Both the position numbers and the translations under genes were made by a program. The notes below the pieces were generated by a model. The model was not told the origin of the DNA. It did not search any database and saw nothing but the letters and a program-made list of their open reading frames with translations. Positions 31,075-32,000 of a stretch of DNA of 32,000 nt are shown piece after piece. Numbering within the stretch: position 1 is the first letter of the stretch; each line of letters begins with the position of its first letter. Source of the stretch: Candidatus Saccharimonadota bacterium (lineage in GTDB: Bacteria; Patescibacteriota; Saccharimonadia; Saccharimonadales; Saccharimonadaceae); contig JAIUPJ010000001.1 in NCBI GenBank assembly GCA_020160975.1, forward strand, positions 30,001 to 62,000. Direction: 5' to 3'.

Positions 31075-32000
31075 ATGGTAGCTCCCACCATGCGACGCTG
31101 CTCGTGCACTACTCGATGATACTGCCTGTGGATGTTTCGAGACACAGGCGCCCATGTATGGAGCGACTGCTCCTGCTGAGCATTTCGCAGCAGGTCATCG
31201 TGGAGTGATCGGTGCTCGAGCACAGCACAAATTTGATCAGCCATACGGAAAGTGTCCCAATAATCAGCCTTCAGCACATGCTGAAGGGCTTCAGCGATTC
31301 CTGATTGTTTCGAAATCAGCGCTGGCGCGCCATACGCAACTGATTCGTAGGGCACCATCCCCAACGGCTCCGATACCGACGGCATAACAAACAAGTCAGC
31401 CATTCGAAATCCATCGCGCCACTGCTTACCAATCCCCTCGACACGACCCGTAAATATCACATTTCGAGCAATACCTAGAGATGCAGCCTGTTCAAGAAGC
31501 TCAGGAATCTGCTCACCGCCGCCCATTAACAAAAAAAGTGTCTTTGGGCGCTTTTCTATCACCAACTTGGCTGCTTCGAGCAAATAATAGATACCTTTTT
31601 GTACAGTCATACGGCCCGCATTAATCACCACGCCGTATCCTGCATCTCTCATCGACTGGATATAGCGATAGGTGTCATGCTCCTCGTCGATCAGTACCCG
31701 CGGAATCTCCATAACATTACGGGCTACCGAGATCTTTTCGGCGGGGAGATCGTATTGTTCAATCAAGGTCTGCTTGGTGCGTTCACTGACGGCAAAAATA
31801 TGATCAGCCATATGGAGCCCCATGTATTCGATCTCTCTCACTAGCGGATTACCATGTCCACCGCCAGCACGGTCGTACTCAGTTGCATGAATGTGCACGA
31901 ACAGAGGCAGGCCGCTGATACGTTTTGCCTCGATACCGGCTTTCAATGTCAACCAGTCGTGAGCATGGATAATATCAAAACTCCCTAGCTTAACCGTATG
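31071..32000 (-). CDS. GT4-family glycosyltransferase (glycogen-synthase-like), 5' end outside the window
   Basis: The reading frame stays open to position 32000 (…FDIIHAHDW…). The C-terminal region has the E-x7-E motif SEPLGMVPYES. Confidence 0.8.
   Translation of the reverse strand, partial: HTVKLGSFDIIHAHDWLTLKAGIEAKRISGLPLFVHIHATEYDRAGGGHGNPLVREIEYMGLHMADHIFAVSERTKQTLIEQYDLPAEKISVARNVMEIPRVLIDEEHDTYRYIQSMRDAGYGVVINAGRMTVQKGIYYLLEAAKLVIEKRPKTLFLLMGGGEQIPELLEQAASLGIARNVIFTGRVEGIGKQWRDGFRMADLFVMPSVSEPLGMVPYESVAYGAPALISKQSGIAEALQHVLKADYWDTFRMADQICAVLEHRSLHDDLLRNAQQEQSLHTWAPVSRNIHRQYHRVVHEQRRMVGATI

Noticed and set aside
31075-31155. Longer N-terminus (27 extra aa) for the GH57 protein
   Set aside because: The extension lies inside the GT4 coding region. 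ATG 31074 gives the canonical MSKRAIVLYLHVHQP start and an ATGA coupling overlap.
1-32000. Alternative genetic code (UGA recoding), CRISPR arrays, transposases or integrases, rRNA genes
   Set aside because: TGA terminates conserved genes at the expected lengths (rpsE, holB, NUDIX). I saw no regularly spaced repeat array, no IS-like inverted repeats with a transposase ORF, and no rRNA-like sequence.

Overview
The window is dominated by a plus-strand S10-spc-alpha ribosomal-protein supercluster. It holds rpsJ, then rplC through rpsH, rplF-rplR-rpsE-rplO, secY, infA-rpmJ-rpsM-rpsK-rpsD-rpoA-rplQ-rplM-rpsI. That is 27 r-protein genes plus secY, infA and rpoA. Downstream housekeeping genes are trpS, an RluD-like pseudouridine synthase, holB, a TPR protein, a NUDIX hydrolase, three tRNAs (Thr-UGU, Tyr-GUA, Thr-GGU), yajQ and rpmG. 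A minus-strand alpha-glucan operon (GT4, GH57, GH15 and an unknown 242-aa protein) runs off the right edge. The genetic code is standard, since TGA, TAA and TAG all terminate conserved genes.

L30 (rpmD), adk and map are absent from their usual positions. Together with the compact overlapping genes, this suggests a reduced-genome lineage such as CPR/Patescibacteria (Saccharibacteria-like). That is an inference, not a database result.

The cluster is unusually fragmented. rpsJ is an isolated unit with its own promoter and terminator. Three envelope genes, including a PdaC-like peptidoglycan deacetylase, sit between rpsJ and rplC. Two peptidoglycan-binding envelope proteins sit between rplO and secY. 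A 415-nt gap lies between rpsH and rplF.

Two signals stand out:
1. A conserved nested-hairpin RNA element occurs in two near-identical copies before rplR and rpsM, with a diverged third copy in the rpsJ leader. Every difference between the first two copies is compensatory or unpaired.
2. A roughly 240-bp AT-rich insertion lies in the 5' end of rplF. It carries a replacement rplF start, leaves a decaying 26-codon rplF stub, and encodes a 46-aa hydrophobic peptide, next to a 56-aa basic ORF.

No CRISPR array, transposase, integrase or rRNA gene was seen.
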